Shown piece by piece: positions 32,762 to 43,720 of a DNA stretch of 64,000 bases; the stretch's first letter is position 1, and each line of letters begins with the position of its first letter. A model generated the notes under the pieces. That model saw only the letters and a list, made by a program, of their open reading frames with translations, was not told the DNA's origin and did no database searches. Both the position numbers and the translations under genes were made by a program. This DNA comes from Candidatus Latescibacterota bacterium (GTDB lineage: Bacteria > Latescibacterota > UBA2968 > UBA8231), in contig CBDCNM010000002.1 in NCBI GenBank assembly GCA_965219385.1, positions 2,598,936 to 2,662,935 of the forward strand, written 5' to 3'.

Positions 32762-33658
32762 ATGCTGACTGGTATTGCCCATCTCGAGATGCGCGTGCGC
32801 GACCTGGCCGCGTGCCGCACCCTGTACGGCGAACAGCTTGGCCTGAAGGAATTGGCACATGGAGTAGGTCCGCACGGCGATCGCGTATCGATGTTTGCTA
32901 TCGGCGATTCGGTCCTCGAGCTGTGCGAAGACCCCGATGCCGTGACGTCGTTGCTGCCTTCTGGCGAGAGAAAGGACCCCATGGAGGTGCCCGGTTCCGT
33001 GGGGCACTTTTCTTTTTATACGAAAGACAACCACGAAGCATTCAAGGTGTTGAAAAATGCCATGGCGAGCAATCCGCTCACTGCCTTGGGAGACGGCCCC
33101 AGCCTGCAACCGATGGACCATGCGTACATGCAAAGATCCCTTCTTCAGTTCAACGACCCGGATGGTTACATCATTCAGATATCCGACCTGATCGACCCGC
33201 GCGAGCATCTGCAGGGTCGCCTCGACGAGAAAAGGGCACGGGCGGAGGCCTGTGGCCCGGGCCTGCTGCAAGGCATCGATCACGTGCACATCGTCTGCAG
33301 CGATGTCAGCGCCGCAAGGGACTTTTGGGGCCAACTGGGCCTGGAAGAACTCAGCCACAGAACAGAAACAGTACCGGCCGTAGAAGGGTTCGAAGAAGCT
33401 GTTTTCGCCGCGGGTATGACCGACCTGGAGATCACGCAAAGCGAATCCACCAGAGGATGGCCGTTGGGACCTGGAGCGGTCAGCGCCCTGGGCTTTTGGA
33501 CCGACGACATTGTCCAGGCCTACAGCGAACTGACTCAAAGGGGTGTGGTTGTTGGGGATCCACCGTCCGCTCGAACGCCCCTGCCAGGCATGTCAAGGCG
33601 TGCGTTTGTTTTCGAAGGACTCGATGGGCTGCGGCTGGAGATCGCCCAAAGAATCTGA
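32762..33658 (+). CDS. Two-domain VOC/glyoxalase family protein
   Basis: GIAHL...V.DL, DPDGYIIQI, GIDHVHI, LDGLRLEI. Confidence 0.8.
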   Translation: MLTGIAHLEMRVRDLAACRTLYGEQLGLKELAHGVGPHGDRVSMFAIGDSVLELCEDPDAVTSLLPSGERKDPMEVPGSVGHFSFYTKDNHEAFKVLKNAMASNPLTALGDGPSLQPMDHAYMQRSLLQFNDPDGYIIQISDLIDPREHLQGRLDEKRARAEACGPGLLQGIDHVHIVCSDVSAARDFWGQLGLEELSHRTETVPAVEGFEEAVFAAGMTDLEITQSESTRGWPLGPGAVSALGFWTDDIVQAYSELTQRGVVVGDPPSARTPLPGMSRRAFVFEGLDGLRLEIAQRI

Positions 33659-33775
33659 GAAGCCGTGTGTGCCTCCACCGGATACACCTTTCCATGCTAT
33701 TTCGCGATCTACTGATATTCATTAATTTGATCCGATGAATCCTTTGCAGACCATCCCCACATCCAGGAGGCCCTC

Positions 33776-34630
33776 ATGCGCGTAGGATCCGGCGATTTTC
33801 AATTCGAACCTGTGGAAAACTGGGAACGCGGGCCCGCGGGCCGCCCCTTCGGCGGGGTCGTGCCCTCGATGGCTACCGACTCGCAGGACCGGGTCTACAT
33901 CGCCCGTCGCGACCCACCGGCCATCCTGGTCTACGCCAGCGACGGCCGCTACCTGGAATCCTGGGGCGAGGAGGTGTTCCACAATCCCCACAGCGTGTGG
34001 ATCGGCCCCGACGACCGGATCTACATCACCGACACCGACGACCACACTGTGCGCTGCTGCAGCAGCGCCGGCGAGATCCTGCGCACCTGGGGCACGGTCG
34101 GCGCGCCCGGCGCGCCCGGCGCACCCTTCAACAGCCCCACCTGGGCCGTGTGCTCGGCCGAGGGCGAGCTGTTTGTCTCCGATGGTTACGGCCAGTTCCG
34201 CGTACATCGCTTCTCGGCCGCGGGCGACCTGGTGTGCTCCTGGGGCGAAGAGGGCACCGGTCCCGGTCAATTCGCCCTGCCCCACTGCCTGCGGCTGGAC
34301 TCCCGGGGCCGCGTCCTGGTGCTCGACCGCGAAAACAGGCGCATCCAGCTCTTCGATCTCGACGGCAACTATCTGGATGAGTGGACCGGTCTGGGCGGGC
34401 CCAACGATATCTTCATCGACGACGACCACGTCTTTGTCGCCGAAGGCGAGCGCCGCATCAGCGTCCTCGACCTGGACGGAAAGGTCCTGAATCGCTGGGG
34501 CGAACAGGGCGATGAGCCGGGTCAGTTTCCCGACCACCCGCACGGCATCTGGCTGGACTCCAGCGGCGATCTCTACGTCGCCGAGGTGCCCTTTCTCGCC
34601 AATCGCCTGCAAAAGTTCAAGCGGGTTTGA
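33776..34630 (+). CDS. NHL-repeat protein (PAL-like)
   Basis: Repeated WG..G..PGQF..PH.....D..G motifs. Confidence 0.88.
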   Translation: MRVGSGDFQFEPVENWERGPAGRPFGGVVPSMATDSQDRVYIARRDPPAILVYASDGRYLESWGEEVFHNPHSVWIGPDDRIYITDTDDHTVRCCSSAGEILRTWGTVGAPGAPGAPFNSPTWAVCSAEGELFVSDGYGQFRVHRFSAAGDLVCSWGEEGTGPGQFALPHCLRLDSRGRVLVLDRENRRIQLFDLDGNYLDEWTGLGGPNDIFIDDDHVFVAEGERRISVLDLDGKVLNRWGEQGDEPGQFPDHPHGIWLDSSGDLYVAEVPFLANRLQKFKRV

Positions 34631-34652
34631 GAAACCAATAGGAGATACCACG

Positions 34653-35894
34653 ATGAAGAAAAACCAGTACCCAATTCACCTATCGCGGTGTTGTGTGTGC
34701 CTGTTGATCACGACGCTGCAGTGGGCCCAAACCGTGCCCGCCCAGAACAGGTCGACCAGCACGAGCAGGAGCCCAAAACAGGTCATGGGGCTGGAGAAGG
34801 TTATCGCCTTCTACGGAGCCTACCCGGAGCTCGAATCGCAAACCTTTACCAGAGGCGGCGCCTGGAAGTATTGGAAGGATAGGGGCGGGATCGTCTCCGA
34901 AGGGGTGGTCCACTACAATTTTCTGCGCAAGAATGTCGCCGAGGCTTCCGACGTCCTGGCCCAGATGGACTTTGCGGACAATCCCAATCCGGTGGTCAAC
35001 ATCGACGAGTTCGGCTTTGACTACGACGGGGGCATTGACCAGCACACGGCAGCGGTCCTCAAGGCCGTGCGCCAAAAGAGGCCAGACCTGAAAATCACAG
35101 TCTGGCAGATGCGGGGCCCGGTTGCGCCGGAACTGGCGGCGGTGTACCTCCAGACGGTCGAGCTGGTTTTGCTGGAGACCTATTTCGACCTCAACGACGC
35201 GTGGATGATCCCGTTTCAGCTTCAGGCCGCGCGGCTTACCGGCCTCCTGGACAGGAGCGTGGTGGCCCTGGGTCTGGGCAAGGAGAGCGAGGACAAGGGC
35301 AACCATCGGTGGACCCAGACGGCAGAAGAACTGGAGCAACAGATCCGCCTGATCCGCTTCGTCGCGCCCGAGTCGCCCGGCGTGGGGTTCTTCGGCAAGT
35401 GGAAGCTCGAGGAGAACCATTGTCCGCTGACGGACGAACAGCTGGACGAGATCTGCGGCCGGTTCCTGGAGATTCCCACCGACGGCAGTGGCCTCGCGCC
35501 CGAGCTGCTTGAACTGGGGAAGGTATTCACCAAGCGCTACGAGAAGCCGGCCATCTTCTGTTCGTCGGAGTTCGCGTTGCCGCATTTCCACTCTGGTCAC
35601 GACGGAGGCCCCTGGGGCAGCATGCACGAACCTCCGACCACGCGCCTATTGATGATGAACCTGGGGCGGCAGGACGCCAGAGGCGTCAAAGCGCGGTTGC
35701 GGAGTCCGGGAAAGGAGGGCGAGGTCTGGGCCAGCGGCCAGGCCGACATCCCGGCCCGGTCCGTCGTGGTCGCCTCGCTGGACATACTGCCGGGCAAGCA
35801 ATTCAATGGATGGACTGGCACCGAGGTTTTGGAGGTTGAAGCACCGGGGTCCGCGGTGTTCAACTTCACGGATTCTCGTTTCCACGGGAAATAG
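34653..35894 (+). CDS. Secreted hypothetical protein
   Basis: RBS AGGAGA; signal-like N-terminus; GC-rich codon pattern. Confidence 0.65.
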   Translation: MKKNQYPIHLSRCCVCLLITTLQWAQTVPAQNRSTSTSRSPKQVMGLEKVIAFYGAYPELESQTFTRGGAWKYWKDRGGIVSEGVVHYNFLRKNVAEASDVLAQMDFADNPNPVVNIDEFGFDYDGGIDQHTAAVLKAVRQKRPDLKITVWQMRGPVAPELAAVYLQTVELVLLETYFDLNDAWMIPFQLQAARLTGLLDRSVVALGLGKESEDKGNHRWTQTAEELEQQIRLIRFVAPESPGVGFFGKWKLEENHCPLTDEQLDEICGRFLEIPTDGSGLAPELLELGKVFTKRYEKPAIFCSSEFALPHFHSGHDGGPWGSMHEPPTTRLLMMNLGRQDARGVKARLRSPGKEGEVWASGQADIPARSVVVASLDILPGKQFNGWTGTEVLEVEAPGSAVFNFTDSRFHGK

Positions 35895-35905
35895 CGGGAA
35901 ATAGA

Positions 35906-38392
35906 ATGGGCGCAACGCAGCGATACGGTCCCACCGGCGTGATCGCACTGATTGGACATAAGGCTCCTGAAAAACCCCCCATCTCCGTGCATGTGGTCGA
36001 TCTCTGGACCCTGTCGTTCGAGGTTGGCCTGGAGGAAAACGTGGCGCCGCTGACGGCAGCGCGCACCCGCATAACCCAGCCGCGGGGTTACAGCCAGACC
36101 CTGCAGGCGCCGGTGATCCTGCGGGATGGGACCGCCCACTGGACCTTGACCTACCCGCTCTGCGACGAGGGAGCGTACCAGCCGATGAACCGCCGCTGCG
36201 ATTGGAGGATGGGCGAGTATCGCTTCGAGGTGGAGTTGCTGGAGGGCGACCAGGTAATGCACCGGGCGGCGGCGGCACTGTCCCCGCTGGACTTCATGCC
36301 GCATATATTCAGGGGCGAAGGGCCGCTGATCGGCATCTACAGCCAGCACCTCGTGGAGTGCGCCCCCGACCGGCCGGTCTACATCGACGAGGATGAAATG
36401 AGCGTGAGCCTTCGCACCATTCCCGAGCGGGTGGAGCGCTGCACGGCCACCATGGACGTGGTCGGGGCCGGGGACGAGCAGGTGCTGGCCGGACCGTGGC
36501 AGTTGCAGCTGAACGGAGAGTTGGCGCGGCAGAAGTTTTCCTCTGCGGGCTGGGAGCGCGGGGAGTACTGGGTGCGGCTGCGGCTGCACTGGGAGGGCCG
36601 GCCGGTCGGGGCCTGCATGGTGCGCTCGGTCTGGAAGGAAATCCTGCCCCCGGAAAAAGAGGCGGGCCTGCGGCCTCTGGCAGGCTTCCAGCCCGCGGCC
36701 GGAGCGTGGGGCTACAGCCGGGTGCACAACGTGCGCTTCAAGGCCGACCCGATGCAGCCCCGGCCCGACGACTGGATCGTGGCCCGGGAAAAATCGTGGG
36801 AGTCGGAGTTCCTGGCGCTGGTGAGCGAAACGGTGCGCTACGATCCGGAGAAGGGGCACTACAGCCTTGACCTGGCGGTGAGCGATGTCAACATCCACCA
36901 CCCAGTGGAGCCGGTGATCTGCCGCATCGTCTCGGACGACGGGGTGCACTGGGAGCGGCCCAATATCGGGCAGGTGGCACACCAGGGCTCGACCGACAAC
37001 AACATTGTCGGGTACCCGGGCGTGGACGAGGAGGGGAAGCCCACCTGGCCCCTGCGCTCGATCCACCGGGTGCGGGTCAAAGAGGAACCCGATCTGCTGC
37101 CGGATCTCGAGCAGCTGTCGATCCGCTTCTACGATCTGGAGCGCGACGGCCCGGTCGATCCCCGGAAGTGTTTCGTGAAGACCACCGGATGGGATTTGCT
37201 GCAGCTGTGCAGGACCATCGACCCCGAGGTGAGGGCCCTTTTCAGCGACAGTGTGAGAAGCCCCGAGCACATCCGCTTCCAGGCCCATGCTATAGAGCGG
37301 CGCGGCAACGAGTTGCTGCTGCTGAGCCGCGAGCCCCTGTTGCGCTCCGGCTCCGGCATGGACCTGCACCACACCACCGAGAGCTTCCGCTACACCCTCG
37401 AGGATCGCTCCACCGGGACCTATTACTACTACTTCCGGCCCGGGGCGCATCCCTATCCACCTCACTATGCGCCGATCGACAACATCCACCAGATCCGGCG
37501 GGTGCTGGCGGTGATGTGGACCCGCGACTATCTGCACTGGGAGCGCCGCTTCGTGCTCTCGCCCGACGAAGAGGACCTGGAGGGCACCCAGTTTTACCAT
37601 ATGTACCTGCACAGCCAGCCCCAAGAGGCCGCGCAGAGTTCGCCGGGGGCCCTGCTGGCGGGTCTACCGGCGGCGGACGGCGGGTGGGTCTACTTCGGCT
37701 CTTTGTCCTGCTACGACGCCCAGCGCAGCCAGATGTGGCCGGAGCTTTTGTGGACCGCTGACTTTTTGCACTGGCACCGCTTTGAGCGTCGGTGCAAGAT
37801 GATCCCGAACGGCCCGCCCGGCTCCTACAGCTTCGGCGCGGTGCGGCACAGCGGTATTTTCGCTGAAATCGACGATACCTGGTGGATGACGTTCAGTGGC
37901 TACAGGCTGCCCTACAAGTACCCGAGCACCTTCCGGCGCGACTGGTCGGTCGAGGAATTCAAACAAAGGAGTTTGCACTTCGCCCATGCCCCCGACTTCG
38001 AGGACTGGGAGCAGTTTTACCGGTTCTGCCGGCAGGGCTACGGCATCAACCCGGGACTGGCCGTGGTCCCGGCAGGCCGCCTGGCGCACGCCGAGCCGGC
38101 CGCGGCACAGCAGCCCGCCGAGCTGGTGACCACCCCGGTGTCGCCAGCGGGAAACTCGCTCTTCATCAATGCCGCAGCCGAGGAGGGCGGGTCCGTGCAG
38201 GTAGAGTTGCTGGACGCGGGGGGAGAGCCTGTGCAGGGGTTCGAGCTGGCGTCGTGTCGACCGCTGCAGGGCGACGAACTGCGGCACGAGGTGAGGTGGA
38301 GCGGCCAGGACCTTTCGGGGCTGGGGGACAGGCCGGTGCAAATCCGCTTCGTACTCGACCGGGCCCGGCTCTACGGCTATTACACCCGATGA
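35906..38392 (+). CDS. Large hypothetical protein with beta-propeller glycosidase-like C-terminal part
   Basis: 828 aa; SDDGVHWERP Asp-box; LFINA...GSVQVELLD..G.PV.GF C-terminal domain. Confidence 0.7.
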   Translation: MGATQRYGPTGVIALIGHKAPEKPPISVHVVDLWTLSFEVGLEENVAPLTAARTRITQPRGYSQTLQAPVILRDGTAHWTLTYPLCDEGAYQPMNRRCDWRMGEYRFEVELLEGDQVMHRAAAALSPLDFMPHIFRGEGPLIGIYSQHLVECAPDRPVYIDEDEMSVSLRTIPERVERCTATMDVVGAGDEQVLAGPWQLQLNGELARQKFSSAGWERGEYWVRLRLHWEGRPVGACMVRSVWKEILPPEKEAGLRPLAGFQPAAGAWGYSRVHNVRFKADPMQPRPDDWIVAREKSWESEFLALVSETVRYDPEKGHYSLDLAVSDVNIHHPVEPVICRIVSDDGVHWERPNIGQVAHQGSTDNNIVGYPGVDEEGKPTWPLRSIHRVRVKEEPDLLPDLEQLSIRFYDLERDGPVDPRKCFVKTTGWDLLQLCRTIDPEVRALFSDSVRSPEHIRFQAHAIERRGNELLLLSREPLLRSGSGMDLHHTTESFRYTLEDRSTGTYYYYFRPGAHPYPPHYAPIDNIHQIRRVLAVMWTRDYLHWERRFVLSPDEEDLEGTQFYHMYLHSQPQEAAQSSPGALLAGLPAADGGWVYFGSLSCYDAQRSQMWPELLWTADFLHWHRFERRCKMIPNGPPGSYSFGAVRHSGIFAEIDDTWWMTFSGYRLPYKYPSTFRRDWSVEEFKQRSLHFAHAPDFEDWEQFYRFCRQGYGINPGLAVVPAGRLAHAEPAAAQQPAELVTTPVSPAGNSLFINAAAEEGGSVQVELLDAGGEPVQGFELASCRPLQGDELRHEVRWSGQDLSGLGDRPVQIRFVLDRARLYGYYTR

Positions 38393-38503
38393 GCTTCCAC
38401 GGCGATCTCGATGGTGTTGGGCCCGGGCTCCGGCAGAGTTTCCCGGAGCGGGTAGCCGGTCCAGGCATAGCTGTAACCCAACCGGTCGCATTTCAGACAT
38501 CAA

Positions 38504-39436
38504 CTACACTTCGATGCGCGCCAGGTAGATGCTGGTCTTGCCTTCGTGGGAAGAGTAGTAGCTCATCCACAGCAGACCGCCGTGCTCGACCATGCCGGGG
38601 TAGCTGCAATCGCCGCCGCTGGGCAAGCGCAACACCGGCTCGTAACTGTTCCTGGTCATGCGGGCCAGGACCGTGGCGGCTCCGCCGTCCTCGTGCCGGC
38701 CGCGCGCCCCGGCCCACAAGGTGCCATCGGACCAGAGAATAAAATTGGGCCCGCCCAGGCGTTCGCTTATCTGCGTCCACTGCCAGTCCCTGTAGGGCGC
38801 CTGGCTGGTCCCGATCCAATCCGGCCGCACCAGCGCCACCATTTCTCCGTCGGGCATGAAGCGCAGGGTGGTCTCGCTGGCGGTCCAGGTATCATTGGGC
38901 AGGATAAATTCGATAATCCACTGCCAGTCGAGCCCGCCGGTGCTGGAATAGAGGAAACCGCGGCGCGGATTGTTGCCCTCGCCCAGCTTGGAAACACAAT
39001 AGGCCACCCCCTCATGCCAGGTGACGCGCCACAGCCAGTGGTCTTCCGCCAGCACTTTCTGCGGCGGGGTCCATTCGCGCCCATCGGCGGAAAAGGCGAT
39101 GCGTGGCGACCGGGTGCTATATTGAGTGCCTTCGTAGAGGCTGCCGCCGGCGACCAGCATGAGGCGTCCATCAGGCGTCACCGAGAGTTTGGGGTCGCGT
39201 AAATCCACCTCCCGCTCCTCGAGCACCGCAGCCGATTCCCACCCCTGGCCGTCCTCCGAACAGATGACGCGCACGGTGCCGATGCTTCCTCCGTGGGCCG
39301 GCGCCTCGCGAAAGGTGCACCACCACTGGCCGGCGAAACGAATCAGATCGGTAAAGGCGTTGTGGGTGCCGCGATCCCAGATTTTGTGCACCGAGACAAT
39401 CCGCGGCAAAGGGTCGGATGTTCTGTTTGCAGTCAT
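38504..39436 (-). CDS. Sialidase-like beta-propeller protein
   Basis: HNAFTDL, SEDGQGW, DLRDPKL, WLWRVTW, GGDCSYPG, SYYSSHEGK. Confidence 0.8.
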   Translation of the reverse strand: MTANRTSDPLPRIVSVHKIWDRGTHNAFTDLIRFAGQWWCTFREAPAHGGSIGTVRVICSEDGQGWESAAVLEEREVDLRDPKLSVTPDGRLMLVAGGSLYEGTQYSTRSPRIAFSADGREWTPPQKVLAEDHWLWRVTWHEGVAYCVSKLGEGNNPRRGFLYSSTGGLDWQWIIEFILPNDTWTASETTLRFMPDGEMVALVRPDWIGTSQAPYRDWQWTQISERLGGPNFILWSDGTLWAGARGRHEDGGAATVLARMTRNSYEPVLRLPSGGDCSYPGMVEHGGLLWMSYYSSHEGKTSIYLARIEV

Positions 39437-39718
39437 TCTTTCCTCCAGTTTCACTACCGAATCAAGCGCCCTCGGCCCCCGTCCTTCAAACTATCACCCA
39501 CATATCCTATGGCTTCGATCCATTGACGGCAACTCGACAGCGTGCTTTATTATTGCTACAGGCTCTGGGGTATCCCTGCCGCCGGCTACTGAAACTCGGC
39601 CAGGCCGCGACGGCATAGCGTCCTACGTACGGCCTCAAACACTGCGGCACGCCGGCGTTGAGACCACACTCCAGAGCCTTTGGGTCGCAAAGATCGAAAT
39701 CAGGAGGTCCACGCAACG

Positions 39719-41275
39719 ATGCCTACCACCCACCCTGCCAGCGATCATCGAGAAATTCTCTACAATAGCGATTCGGGCAACGCCTTTGCCGAGCTGTGGC
39801 AAGCCGCGGCACCAATGGGCACGATGGACGGTGACGCAGTGGCGGCCATCATAGAAAATTCAATCGATGAGATGGCACGGGCCGGCATAGACAGCCTAGC
39901 GGTAGTCCTCAGTCACCGCTTCGAATCGGTCCTGGGTCCATCGCAGGTACTTGGCGGCGAATGGCAATTCGAGGACAAGGATGGGGGCTACCGCTCGCTG
40001 CGAGAATCGGGCGTCGATATCCGGCAACTTATGGCGAAGCACTGCCATGAGCGCGGCATGGAATTCCTGGGTTGTGTGCGGATGAACGACCGCCACACCA
40101 CGACATTGCCCGTGGGAAGGTTTATTCAGGACAACCCGCAGTGGCATTTGACGCAACTGAGCGGCGGACCGGGCCTTGACTTTGCGCCCGATCCGGTGCG
40201 GCAGATATTGCTGGATTACATCCAGGAGCTGATCGAAACTGTCGAGGTCGATGGTATCGTCTTCGACTACATGCGCTGGTGCCACCTGTTCGGCCCCGGC
40301 CTGGGGGCTGAAAACGCCCACCTGTTGACCGATTTCACGCAGAAGACACGCGCCATTTTGGACGCTGCGCCCGAGCGGCTGAGGCTCGGCGTGCGCGTGC
40401 CCCAGACCCTGGCGGAATGTGAGTACCTGGGCTTTGATGTGCCGGCCTGGATCAGACAGGAGCTGGTCGATTTTGTCGTGCCATCTGATTTCTTCTTCAC
40501 TGATCTCAACACCAAGGTGGAGGAATTCGTCGAGCTGACCGCAGAGACGGACTGCAAGATCTATCCGGCCATCCATCCGATCACCTGCCATGGCGACCAT
40601 ACGGGTATCAACGACCTGAGCCATTACCGGGCAGCCGCGAATAACTTTTACTCTAAGGGCGCTGCGGGCGTGGAAGCGTATAATTATCAATACCACTGGG
40701 GCAGGCGCATCGGTCGCACCGCGCCATGGCCGGCCCACCAGTGGCCCGCCGCTCTGGATTACCTGCGGCACCTGCGCAGCGCCGAGCAGATCGCTCAGCA
40801 CGATCGACACTACCGCTACTATCCCCTGTGGGAAAAAAGCGCGCCCACCGACGACAGGCCCAAGGATGATCGGATCCGCCTGGAGCGCGCCGCGCAAGGT
40901 GCGAGTGGCACCCAATTGTTTCGCCTGGCCGAAGATTTGAGCGACCAGAACCTGAGAGCAATGCTACAATTCAAAGCGGTTGGACTGAACGAGAGCGACT
41001 CCCTTGAAATCCAGCTCAATGGCGCCACCATCCCAGATATACACATCGCGCGCCACTATTACGCAGATGGGCAGAATGAATGGCAGGGCAGGGAATTACC
41101 GGCTTACTGGCTCTACATTGTCGATCTGGATTACGGCCAGCAAGCGCCACCGCTTATCCATGGCGACAACCAACTGACGGTCGGTTTTGTCGGTCGCGAA
41201 GGCAGTGGCGAAGGAATCGCGTGCATCGACGAGCTGGAGGTTTACATCTACGTGCGCCAGCGCCTGGACGCATAA
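39719..41275 (+). CDS. GHL10-like TIM-barrel glycoside-hydrolase-like protein
   Basis: LYNSD, RMNDRH, DGIVFDYMR, LGVRVP; RBS AGGAGG. Confidence 0.7.
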   Translation: MPTTHPASDHREILYNSDSGNAFAELWQAAAPMGTMDGDAVAAIIENSIDEMARAGIDSLAVVLSHRFESVLGPSQVLGGEWQFEDKDGGYRSLRESGVDIRQLMAKHCHERGMEFLGCVRMNDRHTTTLPVGRFIQDNPQWHLTQLSGGPGLDFAPDPVRQILLDYIQELIETVEVDGIVFDYMRWCHLFGPGLGAENAHLLTDFTQKTRAILDAAPERLRLGVRVPQTLAECEYLGFDVPAWIRQELVDFVVPSDFFFTDLNTKVEEFVELTAETDCKIYPAIHPITCHGDHTGINDLSHYRAAANNFYSKGAAGVEAYNYQYHWGRRIGRTAPWPAHQWPAALDYLRHLRSAEQIAQHDRHYRYYPLWEKSAPTDDRPKDDRIRLERAAQGASGTQLFRLAEDLSDQNLRAMLQFKAVGLNESDSLEIQLNGATIPDIHIARHYYADGQNEWQGRELPAYWLYIVDLDYGQQAPPLIHGDNQLTVGFVGREGSGEGIACIDELEVYIYVRQRLDA

Positions 41276-41302
41276 CTAGGCGACTTGCCGACGACCCGTC
41301 CA

Positions 41303-41375
41303 TCACCCCGCTATCACCGGCAGGCGGATGTGGGATGGACGGCGGGCGTCCGCGTAAACCGCGTTCGTGGCCTTG
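41303..41375 (-). pseudogene. C-terminal shard of a CocE/NonD-type hydrolase
   Basis: KATNAVYADARRPSHIRLPVIAG*. Confidence 0.5.
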
Positions 41376-41967
41376 AGGATCATCCGGGTGCAGCGCCAGC
41401 CCGGCGCCTGCTTCTTCGGCCACGGGAAGCACCACTTTCAGAAAGCCCTCGACATTTTCCAGCATCTGCGTCTCGCCCATCCCTGCCAGGGCTCTGGTAT
41501 CGGGCCAGGTGGCGCGCGCTGCCGCGGTGGGATGGGCCAGCTGGTCGTGCTCGTAGCGCGTGGCGCCGCCGCCGCGAACAGCCCCCGCCAGGTCCGTGCG
41601 CGTGCTGTAGCGGCCTGCAGAACCCTCCATCAGACAGTAGCCCAGAACCGGGATGCCGGCCCGGCCCATCCTGCGCAGGGGTTTCCTGCCATTTCTCGAT
41701 CTGTACATCGCGCTGCGGCCCACCGTAAAATATGTCGCCGTACCAGGGGAACGGCAGGTTTTCGACGGCGTGCAGATTCATTCCGGCCGCCTCGACCTGC
41801 TCGCGGGCTTGCGCCAGTTCTCCGTACTCCAGATGCAGCGGTCCGGAGGCGCTGCGACTGCGCGCCAGAGCCGCGCCGCCGGCTATTGCGTCGGTGGCTC
41901 CCAGTTGCCGGCCGAAGCTCAGCAACTCGTCGCTGATCGAGCCACGGCAATCCAGTCCCACTCTCAT
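41370..41967 (-). pseudogene. Mannonate dehydratase-like pseudogene (frameshifted, 3'-truncated)
   Basis: VEAAGM.L.AVENLP...RD.QIE / LRRMGRAGIPVLGY...FLKVVLPVAEEAG..LALHPDDP, then cut off. Confidence 0.75.
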
Positions 41968-43433
41968 GAAGACAGCCCCTTCAACGACGCGGGATACGGA
42001 CTGTAGCGGACGATGATCTGCACATCCCGAACTACGAGCGGACCGGCCAGGTTTTGCGCCCGTCCGTCGAGCGCGATTTCCAACAGGTTATCGCCTTTGC
42101 GCGGGCGGATATCTTGCAGATGGAACTCGAGTTGCTGGCCGTCGTAGGGGGTGATCTGCGACCCGAAACCACGCTGGCATATCTCGTCGGCAAGCGACTG
42201 GCCGTTGAGCAAAATGGTCAGTTTATCGGCGGATACCAGGTCCTGAATCCTTATCCTGAGCAGCACTTCCTGCAGGCGCCCGCCACTGCCCTCAATATCA
42301 TCGGAGATGTAGAAAGGGATGGGATGACGCGTACCAATATCGGTGGACGAAATTTCAAGCGGGATCGGAGATTGGTAGGATACATCGTCCTCGAAATCGG
42401 CCCTCTGGCAGAGAAGATAGTGCTTGTCCTCGTCCTGCATGAGATCGGGATGGCCCAATTCGGTGAGGATCCGGCGCTCCGTAGCGCCGAGCGGCCACTT
42501 CATGAACCAGGCATACAGACCATCGGCGCCCTTTGCATAGTAATTGCAGGCGGCGGCCCTTGCCTGCTCGGGCGTGGGATATATGCGCTCGGCCGATCCG
42601 GTCGCTTCGTCGCGCACGTACGGCTGCAGCACGGCGTACACCGCGGCGTCGACTTCGTGTGCCGCCTCGACGGCCCAATCGATGGGCATGTTGGAATCCA
42701 GGTTGAAGTACGCGTAGAGTACAGGCACCACGAAGTCCACCGAGCCGTTCTGCAGCCAGGCGCGGACATCCAGTCCCTGTGCCAGGTTCATCTCTTCGGT
42801 CGGGAGTACGCGCACCCCTATCTCCCCCGGCTTTCCCGGTCGACTCCGGACCATAGCGGCAATCTGTTTCACATACTCGGTCAGGACGGGCGTGGTCTCC
42901 TCGACGTCTTCGGGGCGCAACACGCGGGTCTGGCCACCCGGGAGCGCAAAGTCCAGTTCGACCCCCTCGATGGAATATTCGCTCATCAGTTCTTCGAGGA
43001 TGTGAAACTGATGGTCGCGCACTTCCTGGTGCGCCAGACCGCCGCCACCGTTCTCAAAGCGGTGCGCCGGGTCCATCATTTCGTGGATCGTCATGCGCAG
43101 ACTGGCAATGAAGTCCATGCCTTTTTCATGCGCCCGGTCGATGAGGACGGTCAGAGGATCCAGTCCCCGATCCATGAGGCTTTTCATGTTGTTGTAGGCC
43201 CGCCAGTACGCGGCCAGGCCAAAGGGGTTCATAGCCGCGCCGAACAGCCGGCCGATTTTCGATGGATAGAACAGGCCGTCTCCCCGCGCCAGACCGTAGA
43301 TGAAGGTATCCACCGACGTGCCCGCTGCCTCGTCGATCGGCACCTGGGCGTCCTCGAGGGTCATGGGTGGTTCGAACACGAACAGGTAGTAATGACGGGC
43401 ATCATTAAAATAAATGGTTCGACGTTTTGGCAT
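41964..43433 (-). CDS. GHL10-like TIM-barrel protein, paralog of 39719-41275
   Basis: IYFNDARH, SLRM, EGVELDF, IGVRV; RBS GGAGG. Confidence 0.7.
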   Translation of the reverse strand: MPKRRTIYFNDARHYYLFVFEPPMTLEDAQVPIDEAAGTSVDTFIYGLARGDGLFYPSKIGRLFGAAMNPFGLAAYWRAYNNMKSLMDRGLDPLTVLIDRAHEKGMDFIASLRMTIHEMMDPAHRFENGGGGLAHQEVRDHQFHILEELMSEYSIEGVELDFALPGGQTRVLRPEDVEETTPVLTEYVKQIAAMVRSRPGKPGEIGVRVLPTEEMNLAQGLDVRAWLQNGSVDFVVPVLYAYFNLDSNMPIDWAVEAAHEVDAAVYAVLQPYVRDEATGSAERIYPTPEQARAAACNYYAKGADGLYAWFMKWPLGATERRILTELGHPDLMQDEDKHYLLCQRADFEDDVSYQSPIPLEISSTDIGTRHPIPFYISDDIEGSGGRLQEVLLRIRIQDLVSADKLTILLNGQSLADEICQRGFGSQITPYDGQQLEFHLQDIRPRKGDNLLEIALDGRAQNLAGPLVVRDVQIIVRYSPYPASLKGLSS

Positions 43434-43720
43434 TTTGTGCCTCCTTTGGTTATATCCCAAGTTGGGCCCCCGGCAAGTTCCGGACGCAAGTGGTTTTTCT
43501 GTAATAGCGGATTGCTTCCGAAGGTATTGTGCTACAGGTACGCATCGTGGCTTAAAGGTAGGGCTGCAGCTGATTTCCGTCAACGAAGTTCCCACAGACT
43601 CCCTTCAACCCTTCAATTATTCACGACCACTACGGCAAAGCTCTCCGGGCCGCATACCCCCATGGTATTGCGCACCTTCACCCGCAGCCGGTTCAAGCCC
43701 TGGTGCAACATTGAGCCGGC

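Noticed and set aside
35597..37624. Long antisense ORFs (also 55256-57355, 42054-43742, 45672-47315)
   Set aside because: Shadow ORFs of GC-rich genes that have recognisable motifs on the other strand or frame.
39609..39660. GIASYVRPQTLRHAG resembles the tyrosine recombinase HxLRH box
   Set aside because: Too short, the first His is missing and there is no supporting ORF; at best a decayed shard.
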